In this document: positions 1 to 12,807 of the stretch, in pieces
How positions within the stretch are numbered: the stretch's first letter is position 1
Layout of the letters: the number at the start of each line of letters is the position of its first letter
Assembly: GCF_006345805.1 (NCBI RefSeq)
Contig: NC_042997.1
Span: forward strand, 149,358,001-149,422,000
Direction of reading: 5' to 3'
Source: Octopus sinensis
Lineage: Eukaryota
DNA length: 64,000 nt
Notes under the pieces: generated by a model
Databases searched by the model: none
What the model was told of the DNA's origin: nothing
Seen by the model: the letters and a program-made list of their open reading frames with translations, nothing else
Made by a program: the position numbers and the translations under genes

Positions 1-75
1 GCAAAGTAGTTGTGTAGGCAGAGAGGAAAAAAAGACGTAATAGACTTTCTTCAAGAGGAAACAATGAAATCTGTT

Positions 76-130
<55 letters not shown>

Positions 131-920
131 CATACATATATATATACACGTAAACATTTGTGCGTGTGAATGAGTGTGTGTGTATTTGTGTGTAAGTGAG
201 TGAGTGTGTGTATGTATTTGTGTGTCAGTGAGAGAGTGTGTGTGTTGTATGTGTATGTGTGAGTGAGGCTGGATCCGAACAACTAGGCCGTATTCTACTG
301 AATAGTAGGTGCTTCATTATTTGCAGATATGTCACTCCTTGAAATCGATTAATATAGTGAACAAAAAACAATTCATAAAACAGAAGCCGTTTTCATTAGT
401 GATTCCCATCTGACAAAAACATTCTAGTGCGCCCTTTTACGCTTCAATACGCTTTGAACAAATAGACTGTCGCAAGGAAATAAATAAACAAAAGACATCA
501 GCACGATGTCGTATGCTTCTAGTAATCATTTACATCCTAATGTGTTGTGATTGCTATGGAGACACCAAACAATAAATACCTAACTTATTTTAATCACATA
601 TCGATAAAAACTCATTTTATTCTGGAAAAAAAAGTATAATATATACCAGTTCACATAATTATAGCGTCTGTAAAATTGGGAAAGCCTGTTATACATAGTG
701 AACAAAACTCGTTGATCATGTATGAAAAAAATATTAGAGCGCTTGAACATAGCTGAAATAGTTGTATATATACAGGAATAATTCTACAAATTATATAGGA
801 AATTTAGACGGTATGCAAAATCAACAATATTATCAACCGAAGGATCTCTTACGCTTACAGACACGCACAGGCGCAAAAACTCATTGTCACAAACACACAT
901 ACATACATGCATACACACAG

Positions 921-980
<60 letters not shown>

Positions 981-1020
981 TATATATATATTATATATAT
1001 ATATAATATATATATAAATA

Positions 1021-1321
1021 AAGAAAATGCTGACAAAATAATTTAAGTAAGGGAGAGTGTATTTAATTAGGTGAAAGTTATTTTTACCGGTTGCGTATTT
1101 GTTATGCTTATCAAAAGATATATTTTTAAGAGAGATAGGGTTCCTTTCTGATAGATTTTTTTCTCTTATCAGATAAGAGAAAAAAATCTATCAGAAAGGA
1201 ACCCTATCTCTCTTAAAATAATATCTTTTGATAAGCATAACAAATACGCAACCGGTAAAAAGAACTTTCACCTAATTAAATACACTCTCCCTTACTTAAA
1301 TTATTTTGTCTGCATTTTCTT
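1021..1321. repeat. 301 bp near-perfect palindrome (150 bp arms, 1 nt loop); foldback/MITE-like
   Basis: 1021-1170 is the reverse complement of 1172-1321, centred on A1171 (tctcttatc-A-gataagaga); 4 mismatched positions counted by eye. Confidence 0.95.
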
Positions 1322-1391
1322 CATTTCCTTTTTTTATATATCACAACTCGTGTTCCACATCTCCTTTTTTAAATATATATATATATATATT

Positions 1392-1797
1392 TTATATTGT
1401 CTCAGCCATTTGACTGCGGCCACGCTGGTGCACCGCCTTTAGTCGAACAAATTGATACCAGAACTTGTTCTTTGTAAGCCTAGCACCTGTTCTAATGGGC
1501 TCTTTTTGCTGAAGCACTAAGTTAAGGGGACGTAAACACACCAACATATCCATAATTTTTTCGGCGGTTAGTGATATATGGTGGAAGCGATGGTGGGGGG
1601 ACAAACACAGACACACAGACATATATATATACTCGACAGGCTTCTTTCAGTTTCTGTCTACCAAAACCACTCACAAGGCTTTGGGCGCCCCACGACTATA
1701 GTACAAGATACTTGCCCAAGTTGCCACGCAGTGGAACTGAACCTAGAACCATGCGATCGGTAAGCAAGCTACTTACCACACAACCACTCATGCGCCT
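1392..1797 (-). mobile_element. tRNA-derived SINE family A (octopus-type, ~400 bp), near full length
   Basis: Reverse complement begins aggcgcatgagtggttgtgtggtaagtagcttgc and is homologous along its length to the + copies at 30368 and 31419; internal (CA)/(TA) tract. Confidence 0.9.
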
Positions 1798-1814
1798 GAA
1801 GGATGATGGTGTAA

Positions 1815-1967
1815 GCTTCATTCAGTTTCCGTCTACCAAATCCACTCACAAGGTTTTGGTCAGCTAGGGGCTATAGTAGAAGACACTCACTGAAGATGCC
1901 ACGCAGTGGGACTGAACCCAGAAACACGTGGTTGGAAGCAAGCTTCTTACCTCACAGCTACTCATCC
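1815..1967 (-). mobile_element. SINE family A, 5' portion only
   Basis: ttcagtttccgtctaccaaatccactcacaagg...gccacgcagtgggactgaaccc matches the head of family A. Confidence 0.85.
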
Positions 1968-2159
1968 AAAACGTATAATATATATTCATCACGGCTGATC
2001 TTAGCAATCGGTTTCGCGTAAAGAATATAATGGAGTGTTGCGTAACAATTCGATTATATAACTTTACGCTCATAAGAGTTAACTGATATGGAAGTGAATA
2101 TCGTGACTGCTCCCTGTTGTCGGAGGCGTATTAGCACAGCCAGTAAGCAGCTGCTGTGA

Positions 2160-2400
2160 AAAAAGATGGTGAAAGGAAAGAGATTTGGTCAGGAGTTATG
2201 TACTTTGGTTAGGTATGTTGTGAAGCCGGGAAGAGTTATCTTGAAGTGGAGAAGGTGTCTATCAATAATGTGGTACTCTGGTTGGGGTGGGGGTCTGTGA
2301 TATATGTGGTGGTATCATATGCATAATTTTTTTCGGCGGTTAGTGATATATGGCTGTGTTCGTTGGTCTGTTTTCTTTCAGTAAAGAATAAAGCCGTGTT
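2160..2400 (-). pseudogene. Possible decayed LINE APE-endonuclease N-terminal fragment
   Basis: Minus-strand frames give YITDPHP and FKITLPGFTTYLTKVHN, resembling the ItETH...lPGY.tY.t.h motif of APE LINEs; stops and frameshifts present. Confidence 0.35.
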
Positions 2401-3439
2401 TTTGTATGTCAGCGTGCGGTGTGTGATGTGTGTATGTGTGTGTGTGTGGGGGGGGGGCTGAGTATTTGTAAGGGGACAATTAATTTTTGTGCAGGAGTTT
2501 GTGTTTGGGATGGAGGTATTTCCGCCTTATAGGGTTCTGCGTGTGTATACATGGGTGCATTTGTGTGCGCTTTATTCAAACTATTTTTGGGGGACCGAGG
2601 GCATTGGTGGAAGGTCGTTGGCGGAGGGTCGAGTCAGGGGACCTGTGGTTGCAGTCATGGTGGGGCGTACAGATACGATAGGATGTACTTCCTTTCATGC
2701 GAGCAAAGATTAAATACCTCACTCCTGCAATTCAGTTAGACATCCAGGATAACTACATGCATACATACTACATATATACATACATACATACACACACACA
2801 TACATACATACATACATACATACATACATACATACATACATACATACATACTTAATACATGCATGCATGTACATATATATGCATATATGTATGTATACAT
2901 GTATGTATATATGTTTTTTAAGTGATTTGAATTCTTCCTCAGAAGAGCTAGCTGGTTTCTAACAAAGATACAAAGCTCAATCTTTGGAATGTAGATGACG
3001 AAAACAATGTCACATTTTACCGTTCCGCATATATATAGTATTTGTAATGTACGAATCAGTTGGTTGACGTCTTTATCCCAAAATTTAAGGTCATCTAGAC
3101 TGGCAGATATTTACTTATAAAACCAAATGCTTCAAATATTATTGGTATAAATGTAAATCTGTGAATTGGATATAGCATACTTATCTCGTTTCTCTTTGAT
3201 TTTCAAAGAGATATTCATATCTGCAGGACAGCTGACCACTCTCACGGTTCATGCTTTACCAACAATATCCGGCATGATAAGCTTAAACTTAATAGACGTT
3301 TTAAAAGGAAAATTCCACCAGTATTCATTGTCCACTTATTCAATAACTGGGGTATTCTCTACAATTATTCCAGGACAGTCTTTGTTTCCGAATGGTATTG
3401 TATATTGTTTTTGCGACAACGTGATATAGCATACGATGG

Positions 3440-3905
3440 ATGCTAAAGCAGCAGCTCAATGACTCAAATGTGGACGTGATATACTTCGACTTTGCAAAAG
3501 ACTTTGACAAAGTCAACCTTGGTATGTTTTGCCAAAAGCTCCGAAATCTTGGCATATTTGCAAAACTTAGAGAATGAATGCATGACATTGTAAAAGGTAG
3601 CAGTCAGGTAGTGGTGTCAAATGTGGCCACCTCCAAGGAAACACAATGAGTGATTTTCCATAGGGCATTGTTCTGGGACCACAGCTATTCATAGTGCACC
3701 TCTCTAAGATTCCTCCAGCTGCTGAAGTAACTACCCTTGCTAGCTATGCAAACGATACAAAAGTCTCTCAGCGGATACAGAAACCTGGAGAAGTCGTGCA
3801 TCTGCAACGTGAGTTGGACCCAATGTACAGGTTGGCTGAGTAAAATAAAATTAATGCTGAAAAATTCTAAGCCCTGCGCTACCAACACAGGAAGCTCAAT
3901 GGAAA
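3440..3905 (+). pseudogene. CR1/L2-type LINE reverse transcriptase fragment
   Basis: Translates to NVDVIYFDFAKDFDKV...KLRNLGI...FP*GIVLGPQLF...SYANDTK...LQREL, i.e. decayed DFxKAFD, PQGxxLGP and YADD motifs. Confidence 0.9.
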
Positions 3906-4119
3906 GCAGATAGGTTGCACTGTATACCAATAACGTAAACCTCCTGAATTAGAGACATAACTTAGCCCGAACAACGTTTGTATACAACAATATACGTATA
4001 TAAATGCATACATATGTACGTATATACACATATGCATGTATATATGCAAATATATATGTATATATATGTACGTATGTATGTATGTATGTATGTATATCTC
4101 TCTCTCTCTCTCTCTCTCT

Positions 4120-4170
<51 letters not shown>

Positions 4171-5329
4171 AAGTTAATCCAAACATGAAAGCACAAAAAA
4201 ACACAACGCGAGGACGTGGTGCAAATATATATACATATATATATATACACACAGACACACTTTCTGACAATTTGCCTTGTATCCATGACCTTATTATCAC
4301 TGATCACGCTCGCGTGGCATTCATTGCCTGCCTACAGGTATATGTTGTCTATGTGCACCTATTTTGTTAATCCTCTGTTTCTCTTGTTTGTTTTATCTTA
4401 CCCTCCCTCAATACAATATAAAACGAGAATCAGTCAATCGATTTTATATCAGGTATTATCATACAGAATATTTATTATTTAAGACATACAAATTATCAAT
4501 GTATGAAGAAATTAAACGATCTCGCTAAAACACACGAATTTGCTTTTCGATAGAAACAAGTGTTACAAAACATACTAAATACATAAATATATTCATTCGA
4601 TTTTTCTCTTAAAAAACGTAGCGGTACAGATATGTGTGTGTAATGAAGATATCTTTTTATGGCAACAGACCTCACTAGCGGTATTTTGTAATTAGCGTGA
4701 ACTTCTGTGGGCATTTATATTTGGTATGAAACCTGTGAAAGTTTCACAAACCGAGACTCTTGCACACATATGCACGTACATACTGATATATGCAAAGGCG
4801 CGTACAGACTTGCAGAGAATCATATTTAGCAGGTACACGGGAAGAAGCACTAAAAGAAAGTTGATGGAAAACGCGGATGGGTGAAAAAAAGCGGAAAACG
4901 AAAGTAAGAAAATTAGACTTAAGTCTCCTTTGACCATAGAAACCATAAATATACTAGTTGAGTTAGAATAATTCAACGGAGACCGATCTGAAGTTTGCGA
5001 GACAACTGCTCACTCCAAAGAGGCTAGGGCCATCCAGTTCATGTAAAAAACATTTATCCATATGCTTGGATTTGCTGAATATTTCGGATCAGGAATTAAG
5101 TAGTGCAGCAAAATTCTTGGATCTAAAGAGAATATGTAATCTTTCAGTCAAGCATAAGTTGCGTTTATTGCATCCATTTAAATATGGTGAGGATTTCCCT
5201 ACGATCTCCACTTGATTGTATGTGGTGTACTGCTAGGCTTCAACTTAGTGGAATTAATTTTGTCGGTGATCCGGTAAGAAGTTTAGTGGTTTCCATAACG
5301 TGCAAACCACACCTTTTGCATTCACCTTC

Positions 5330-5570
5330 GCATTAACCAATGTAATAAGCTTAACTCAAAAGGAAAATTACATCGGTTTATGTGAACGTGATTTTCGTCT
5401 AATGACAAGCACGCATAAATATGGAATGTATGTAAAGAAACAAGGTCCATACAAAAATTTAAGAAAAGATTATTCTTTGTAACACAAATATAAACGAAGA
5501 ATCCTAATCCATGAAGTATTCTTAGCCTTGTATAATATTTATCACTTACTAATGGATGCCATTTTGAAAA
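5330..5570 (+). pseudogene. Penelope-like GIY-YIG endonuclease fragment (decayed)
   Basis: ENYIGLCERDFRLMTSTHKY followed by KNPNP*SILS, resembling YIGxTExxFKxR...H...i.WxIL of C-terminal PLE endonucleases. Confidence 0.5.
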
Positions 5571-5572
5571 AT

Positions 5573-5640
5573 TAGGCGTAGTTGTGCGGTAAGAAGTTTG
5601 CCTTTTAACCACCTTGTTTCCGGCCCAGTTCCACTGCGTA
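5573..5640 (+). mobile_element. SINE family A degenerate head
   Basis: aggcgtagttgtgcggtaagaagtttgcc...ccacc...cagttccactgcgt resembles the family A head. Confidence 0.6.
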
Positions 5641-6974
5641 ACAACTTCGTTAAGTGTCTTCTACTATTAACCCTGCTCGACCAAAGTCTTATGATTGGAT
5701 TTGGATATATACATATAGATATGTTAGGGTACCGAAATACCAGCTTTCTAGGAGTATGTATATGCTTGTGTGTCTTAATGTCTGTTTTTATTCCCTATCA
5801 CCGCTTGACAACAGGTATGTTTATTTGGTGTGTTTAGTTCCCTGTAACTTAGCGTAAGAAACCGATAAATAAGTACCAGTCTTTAAAATATATTGGAGTT
5901 GATTAATTTGACGAAATGTCTTCAAGATGGTGTCCCAGTATGGTCGCTGTCTAATGACTGAAACGAGAGAAAGAAGAAAAGAATGAAAGAACCTTAAATT
6001 GAAACATTCTAAAATTGTCAAGAAATGAAAGAAGTCCAATTCCCTAAACATATTAAAACGTATTGAAGCTTTCCATTTACCTCAATTTGTTAAAACTCAT
6101 TGAAGCTATCTTTCTATAAAACCTTACCACCATGGGATATGAGAAATATGAGAAATATAATTTCATAGAGTCATCATGGAATGTTGTTGTAAATATGAGA
6201 ATGAATAAATAAATACCTACGATGTGATGCACAGATGCATTTCATCTTCTTAATTATTTAACACAATGAAAATTTGATATGAAAATATATTTTAACGCCT
6301 ATCAATATGTTTGTAAACTTAGATTTCTGATCGAATCTATAAAATATTTGTTTTTTCATAATTCTATATATTAAATAATCTTGTCGCATAACTTCGTTTG
6401 CATACTACAACACATTTTAGAGTGTGAAAATATTCCGAGCAGCAGTGTATTTTCATATATTTAACTTATAAATTAACGTCTGTATTATATATATATAAAG
6501 AAGAAATATGAGTGATGGCTGGTTAATACCACTGCTTGTGTATGATATAAATGATCATGCTAAACAGAGCACATATCAGGTGTTTGTGAATCAACATAAC
6601 GATGTCTTACAAAAACGTAGTTATTTTATCTACTATAACTTCATGGAAATCAGACAAGTTGTGATGACTCAACGCACAAAATACACTCAGCCACCCTATA
6701 GGCATATTTAGTTATACTTAATTGCATAGATACACAACCACATACATACGTGCACACACGCGTACACACACATTTGTACATGTATGCATTCATCTATATA
6801 TGGACTAGTGAATGTGTGATGTATCTGTATACATACGTCCATGTTTCTGTATGTATATGATACGCCTATAAGCGTCTATAATCATTTATGAAAGACGTTA
6901 TTAGAAAGTTGTAGTAGCATGCAAATATTAACTATACAAATTATGCAAATGTATCTGCTTGTATATGCAAAATG

Positions 6975-6998
6975 ATATATATATATATATATATATAG

Positions 6999-7029
<31 letters not shown>

Positions 7030-7096
7030 ATATATATATATTTATAAATATATATATATACATACATATATATATATAGTTATATATGTATATGCA

Positions 7097-7142
<46 letters not shown>

Positions 7143-7178
7143 CATACATATATATGTATATATATGTATATCTATATA

Positions 7179-7251
<73 letters not shown>

Positions 7252-7324
7252 ATGCCTCTGCATATATGCGTGCATATACATACATAAAGACACACGGGCA
7301 CATACATATATATCAAGCATATAT

Positions 7325-7378
<54 letters not shown>
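6975..7378. repeat. Long interrupted (TA)n microsatellite
   Basis: About 400 bp of TA with scattered substitutions. Other (TA)n tracts lie at ~78-145, 926-1015, 4122-4162, 16158-16210, 22499-22555, 33831-33938, 34414-34473, 58580-58725 and 61187-61250. Confidence 0.98.
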
Positions 7379-7379
<1 letters not shown>

Positions 7380-7963
7380 AACTCGGTTATAATTAAGATT
7401 TTTATTTGAGGTTTTTACAGTAGTTCTATAGGCCGGTTGAAAGGATGGTAGGTTGGTCGATAGATAGGGAGAGAGATGTGGGAAATAAAATAGATGCAGA
7501 GATAACTATGTAAAGGCTGGTGGTTCTTTTAGATCGATTGTTAGATATATGAATGAATTCAGAATTACATAAAACCAAATAGAAGTCTGATGCATTGGAG
7601 AATCAAATTGATGAATGGATAATTATTGAGATAATAAGTATTCAAATTTTAAAGTAGTTCAATATTGAGAGATATATTCTAATAACGATCGAAGACTGTA
7701 ATAGCGATCTGAAGATTGAGCTGCAGATACATTGCAAAATAATTGCTATGCAAATGAAAGATATGGAACATGATGATAAATTGCAGAAATGTAAATGAAT
7801 TCAAACTATTTTGGAAATTCTTACGTGGAAAATGGATATCTCAGTGAAATATTTGTTTCCACTATATCACACAAACTTTGACGATCGCCATCTAAAAATA
7901 TATTCACAGATTTAGAACTCATTTTTAACATTATTATCATTATCATTGTTGTTCTTGTTACTC

Positions 7964-8062
7964 TTCTTCTTCTTCTTCTTCTTCTTCTTCCTCTCCTTCT
8001 CCTCCTTCTCCTTCTTCTTCTTCTTCTTCTTCTTCTTCTTCTTCTTCTTCTTCTTCTTCTAC
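7964..8062. repeat. (TTC)n/(TCC)n microsatellite
   Basis: Direct inspection. Confidence 0.97.
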
Positions 8063-10704
8063 TTCTTATTTTGCTTTTTCTTCTTGTAGTTGTTAGTATT
8101 CCTACTTAATTTTTGTCTTATTGACTTTTGTTCCCGAAACTTTGGATTTGATATAAATCAAGTTTAACTTTGAAACAATACATCGAAGCACAATTTAGCA
8201 GACTTAGGTACGAGCAGTCAAGTAAGAGATTCTACTAACTAAACATAGCTGGAAAATACTCCCTTAAAGCATCCCCTAAATTTTAATCAAGAAGAGAAAG
8301 CTTAGATATGTTAGGTCATATCGAAATATGATGGGATGCACATTTTTCTGAGTACCGTTGAATATGAATGTACTCTATACGGGGAGTTAATAATAAAAGT
8401 AACACGCTGGTAAAATATACAACACTTGGCAAGGGTATTTAAGTATAAGGATCAAGAGATGAAATCCTCTACTGCAATAAACAATGTTAGCCTGTGCAGT
8501 TATAAGTATTTTAATGTTTTAATGCAAAGCAACATCAAATATAAATAGTATTGTGCCAAAGGAAATTGAACTATTAACAGTAAAATGGAGTATTGAATGA
8601 AAATTAATAAAGAATTGAATACTCAAATTTCAGAAAAAACTGAGTTTCAAAAAAAAAAAAAACGAGGATTTACTTGGATATAAAAATGTAAATAATCCAA
8701 ACCAACCCAATTCTGCAAATCTTTTAATGATCGGAAATTATTCCTCTGAGTATTTGATCTTGCCGTTTAAACAAATGTCTGGAGTGATTGTTATATATTT
8801 AGTCCTTATTTCACGTTTTCAGCTACATTCAGACTTAGAGAATATTTCAGTAATAGGACATTTTCAGCCATCAAAGTACGTTTGAAAACTCAGAATTTTC
8901 CTCCTTTATTGCTCGCAAATTTTCACAGAGGAGACCGTTTCATTTTATGTCTTTATGACTAGTTACTAACATAATTTTAGACACCAGTTTACGACCAACA
9001 ATTGATATTTCGAACATACATTGTCTCTAGATACGCATGAAAACGACGACCACGCATTTTACAAATCATGTTTTTAATTTATCCTTGAGAAACAGTATTT
9101 AGCGCATGAATGCCAAGCAATGTGACCGTTGATAACTGTTTTTAACTCCAGGAAGACTCGTTTGAGCAGATTTTAGACCATCAAGCACGTGTCTAATTGT
9201 TTTCGATCTATTGTAGGTAAATCAAAGCAGTGGCTTTCCAACAATAAAAGGTTACAGCATTTTAAGCGCTGATATTTCTTATTTTTTCCTCATATAATGC
9301 CCATTTTATGTTGCATGATTTCTATCAGCATATACAAAAAGAAACAAGACGATCAGGATTGGAACCAGGTCGGACAGCAGAAAGCGAAACCACAATTCAT
9401 AATATAGATTCTACAAGCCAATTCTACTCTATATTAATCATGAAAATGTTTTAAATATGTATGCATTGTAATGAGTGTCGGTATAGCGTGATGTTCTGCT
9501 TAAGTGAAAGAAATATTGTTTTAAAATCACTCGAGGCAGTGACAGAAATAAAAACTGCAATTTTTGACTGCACGCGTTAGAGTATTAATATACGTCACTT
9601 CATGTACTGATTTAATCGAAGTAAAATAAGAACCAATCACACATTTCAATCAACGTGAGGAGGCATTATTCAAAATTTGAATAATATTTTAGCTGTACAA
9701 TTTTTTTTTCAGAATGTAGTTATAAATTTTATTCCTTTCTGAATTATTAGTTTCATATTTTGTATAACTTCACAAATGCTAATTTACTCACTCTATATAT
9801 AACTAATAATTCATCACATTATTTCGAAAGAGCTTTTATCAGTAGAACGCACGCACAGGAATTAAACGGAAATAATTTCCTAAGTTATGTTGTAACGTTT
9901 TCACATAGAGAAGTATAAATCACGAGATCTGTATTTTAACCACATATTGATGAGAAACATTTCTTTATATAGGGAGCATTGCACAACGCATCTGTACGCT
10001 GATGTAGTAAGCGAAATTGAAATACGGGTATTCAATTCTTTATTAGTTTTCATTCAATACTCCATTTTACTGTCACTAGTTCAATTTTCTTTTGCACGTC
10101 ACAATTTGAACATTTTGAAAAGCTTTTATTCTAAAAAAAGAGAAAATTCCACAGCCGAACCAGCGCATACTGTAAATCATCCTCCGGACGTTAGTGATCC
10201 GCGTAATAGGCATTTCCGACACCACAGTATCTTTAAACTTACCTCGGATTTTTCATGATATATTTCCTGCAAATTTCTTTTGATATTGCAGATTTACTAA
10301 ATGCCATCTGCTCAATTTTGAAACAGATTGTATTTTATGTAGTGAGCATCTCTATTATTGAAAACAAAGGAATGAACATTGAACAGTATTTTTGTTACTC
10401 ACCATTAATACATTACTTCGGCACTAAACAAAAAATTGATAGTAGTTAAGGAAATAGTATTAGGCTGCATTTGCACGCGTCTTAAAAATTTCTGCAAATG
10501 AAAATAAAGTTATGATTTCAGATCATATATAATTTATACGCTATTCCCAGAATCCGCTGAATATAAACAGTAATACAGAAGAATAGAATATTGTAAATCC
10601 CTTTCTTCAGACACTGGTTACTTGGACCTCTCATCAATACTCATTGATAACTTGTGGCGCAGCCGTACTCTTCACCGGTGTTTTTTGTTCAGTATTTGCT
10701 GTTG

Positions 10705-10943
10705 TCACTCCATCATTGTGTCTGTCAAACTCAGTTCGGATTTCTCTAAGCACCCCTTCGCTGAGTAAGACCCATTCTAAATATGACGAAAATATTTGAA
10801 GGATACGATTCAGGCATTATTGACAAGCTGATACACGAGATGCTCCATATAAATTCGTCACCATTGCACGGAAATTGTTGGAACCAATACATACCTTGTC
10901 TTTTCTCAACACCAGTTTATACATATTTGTGATTAAACCACTC
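10705..10943 (-). CDS. Candidate exon pair (10943-10895, 10776-10705) of an unidentified gene, or a pseudogenised ORF
   Basis: attgtag|49 nt|gtatgt encodes SGLITNMYKLVLRKDK; after a 118 nt putative intron, tttag|NGSYSAKGCLEKSELSLTDTMME*. GC is elevated versus flanks; no homology recognised. Confidence 0.3.
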
Positions 10944-11397
10944 CTACAATAAAATTGATATTCTTAAATTACGCCGACCTAAATGCTATCTATTTGCCGT
11001 ATAGTTATTGCTTTAAGTGAATTTAGATAATACGATTATTTTTAATAGAAATTATAAAACTTTATAATATAATATGTTACAATATGTAATTAAAGTATAT
11101 GCTTAATACTTTATACATAAATGAAAGAGTAAATTTACATTATTTCGTCGTTCAAAATAAATGAGGATAATATATATAAACGTATAGTAAAACAGTGGAA
11201 TCTAAGCAATATAGTTATTTTCTGAGCAAATGATAATAGACAACATTCAAGAAGACGAATAAATTGATAAGGGAAAACAGCAATTTTTCATTTTAAGAGT
11301 TTTGCTTCCCTTTCTCCTTCATAATATTGTATCTCTAATAAATTTATTTTTTTAGCTGCGCAAGAAGAATTATATCAGGTTTCCTTATATATGTATA

Positions 11398-11624
11398 TAT
11401 CTCTTATATAAAATCCGTTCTGTTTGTCTGTCTGTATGTGTGTCTTCTCGGATCTCGAGCATTCTCCATCCGATTGCGTTCATATTTGATATGTAGATAC
11501 CGAAGGTATGAGGACGTGTATAAGTCTTGAAAAAATTCCAGGTGAGAATCTGATCGATAAAGCCGTTTTTGTCCTGCTTTTCTTCCGTCAACCTATACAT
11601 AACTGCACCTTCCATTTTTTGTTT
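11398..11624 (+). mobile_element. Non-autonomous Helitron-like element, 5' part
   Basis: atctcttatataaaat...gtttgtctgtctgt...atctc...ccgatt...atttg follows the TC-start, (GTCT)n and ccgatt..aatttg layout typical of invertebrate non-autonomous Helitrons; no 3' CTAG/hairpin found. Confidence 0.55.
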
Positions 11625-11658
11625 TTTTAAAGCCAACTGTGAGAATAAACACATTTGA

Positions 11659-11694
<36 letters not shown>

Positions 11695-11728
11695 TCAAAT
11701 GTGTTTATTCTCAGAGTTGGCTTTAAAA
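11625..11728. repeat. 104 bp palindrome with a (TA)16 centre
   Basis: ttttaaagccaactgtgagaataaacacatttgact-(TA)16-agtcaaatgtgtttattctcagagttggctttaaaa; one mismatch in the 36 bp unique arms. Confidence 0.95.
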
Positions 11729-12807
11729 CTGTAGCAAGTGATATGATAGATCCGCGCTGCAATGAATTCCTCGTATTGAAGGCTATCGAAAAAGAACTTT
11801 GAACATTACGTATGTATAATGCATCTACGGGTAGTAGGATATAGATATGTCATCCAAATCTCATAGGTACGACACACCTACCTCAAAAATGGTGGTTTAT
11901 CGAGTCATATCAGCAATCTCTAATAAGATTCAGGTTATAGTATGGAAGCAGGAAAGTAAAGTGAATGGTGTTCTGTTAAAGACTCAGGTCTAACGTAATC
12001 GCTCTAAGAAAGTAACCAGCAACTATTCCTCACAACCGTAGGTAGTGTCATTGACAGTCCGTTTCAAAACTCTTCTTCACAACCCTAGGTAGTGCCGCAT
12101 CAAAACTGAAATCCACTCAGTCAAGTCTGTCGATTACGTTTAGAAGCAAATCAACATCAGTAATAATCATTCAAATGAAAGGGAATTAGGCATGAGTTAT
12201 TCAAAGTGTGTATACGATCATCAGCAATGAAGCTCTATGACAAAAACTGGATCCAGTTAAATATGGTATTTAGAAATTTCAGAATCACATCCTGAGTATC
12301 GAGTGTATGTGTGATGAAATGTAATCTTGAAAAACTTTGAATTACTTTAAACGAAGTCTCAATATTTCCAAAATATTTCATTAGATTTTTAATATTATTT
12401 GTATGTGTTTGAAATCTATATCTGGAGTATTCAAGTACTTTAGAATGTAAGCTATTTATTAAAGCTTATTTCCTCTGGTGAAAGGCAACAGTGCTAGTTA
12501 GCTAATTTTGATTTTGATGTTAACTTTTTGTTCAATATGTCTTTTAATTTTCTTTTCTTTTTTAAATTTGAGCTAATTTATAACTCATGTTTTTATCCTG
12601 ATCATCATAGTCACTCATCTCCATCTTTCTCACCATCACAATCAACATATTTCTTACTTTTCTTCTTGATTCTTATGTTTAATTCATCGTACTTCGTTGA
12701 GATTATTCTAAAAATTAATATTTATCCTTTAACATTCTTGAGTTAAATTGAATAAATATTTAATATTTATTCAATTATAAACCGTTTTATTTCACAAGAG
12801 CAAGTCG

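Noticed and set aside
8150-8450. Possible RTE LINE C-terminal remnant (KKRKLRYV...)
   Set aside because: Only one short motif resembles RTE; too decayed to support.
10600-10710. TGA readthrough (selenocysteine) in the spliced frame at 10705-10707
   Set aside because: No SECIS or redox motif recognised; two TGAs in a short AT-rich frame are expected by chance.
11355-11377. 23 nt microexon (tttttag|CTGCGC...CAG|gtttcc)
   Set aside because: Donor is weak, and such AG/GT pairs are common by chance in AT-rich DNA.
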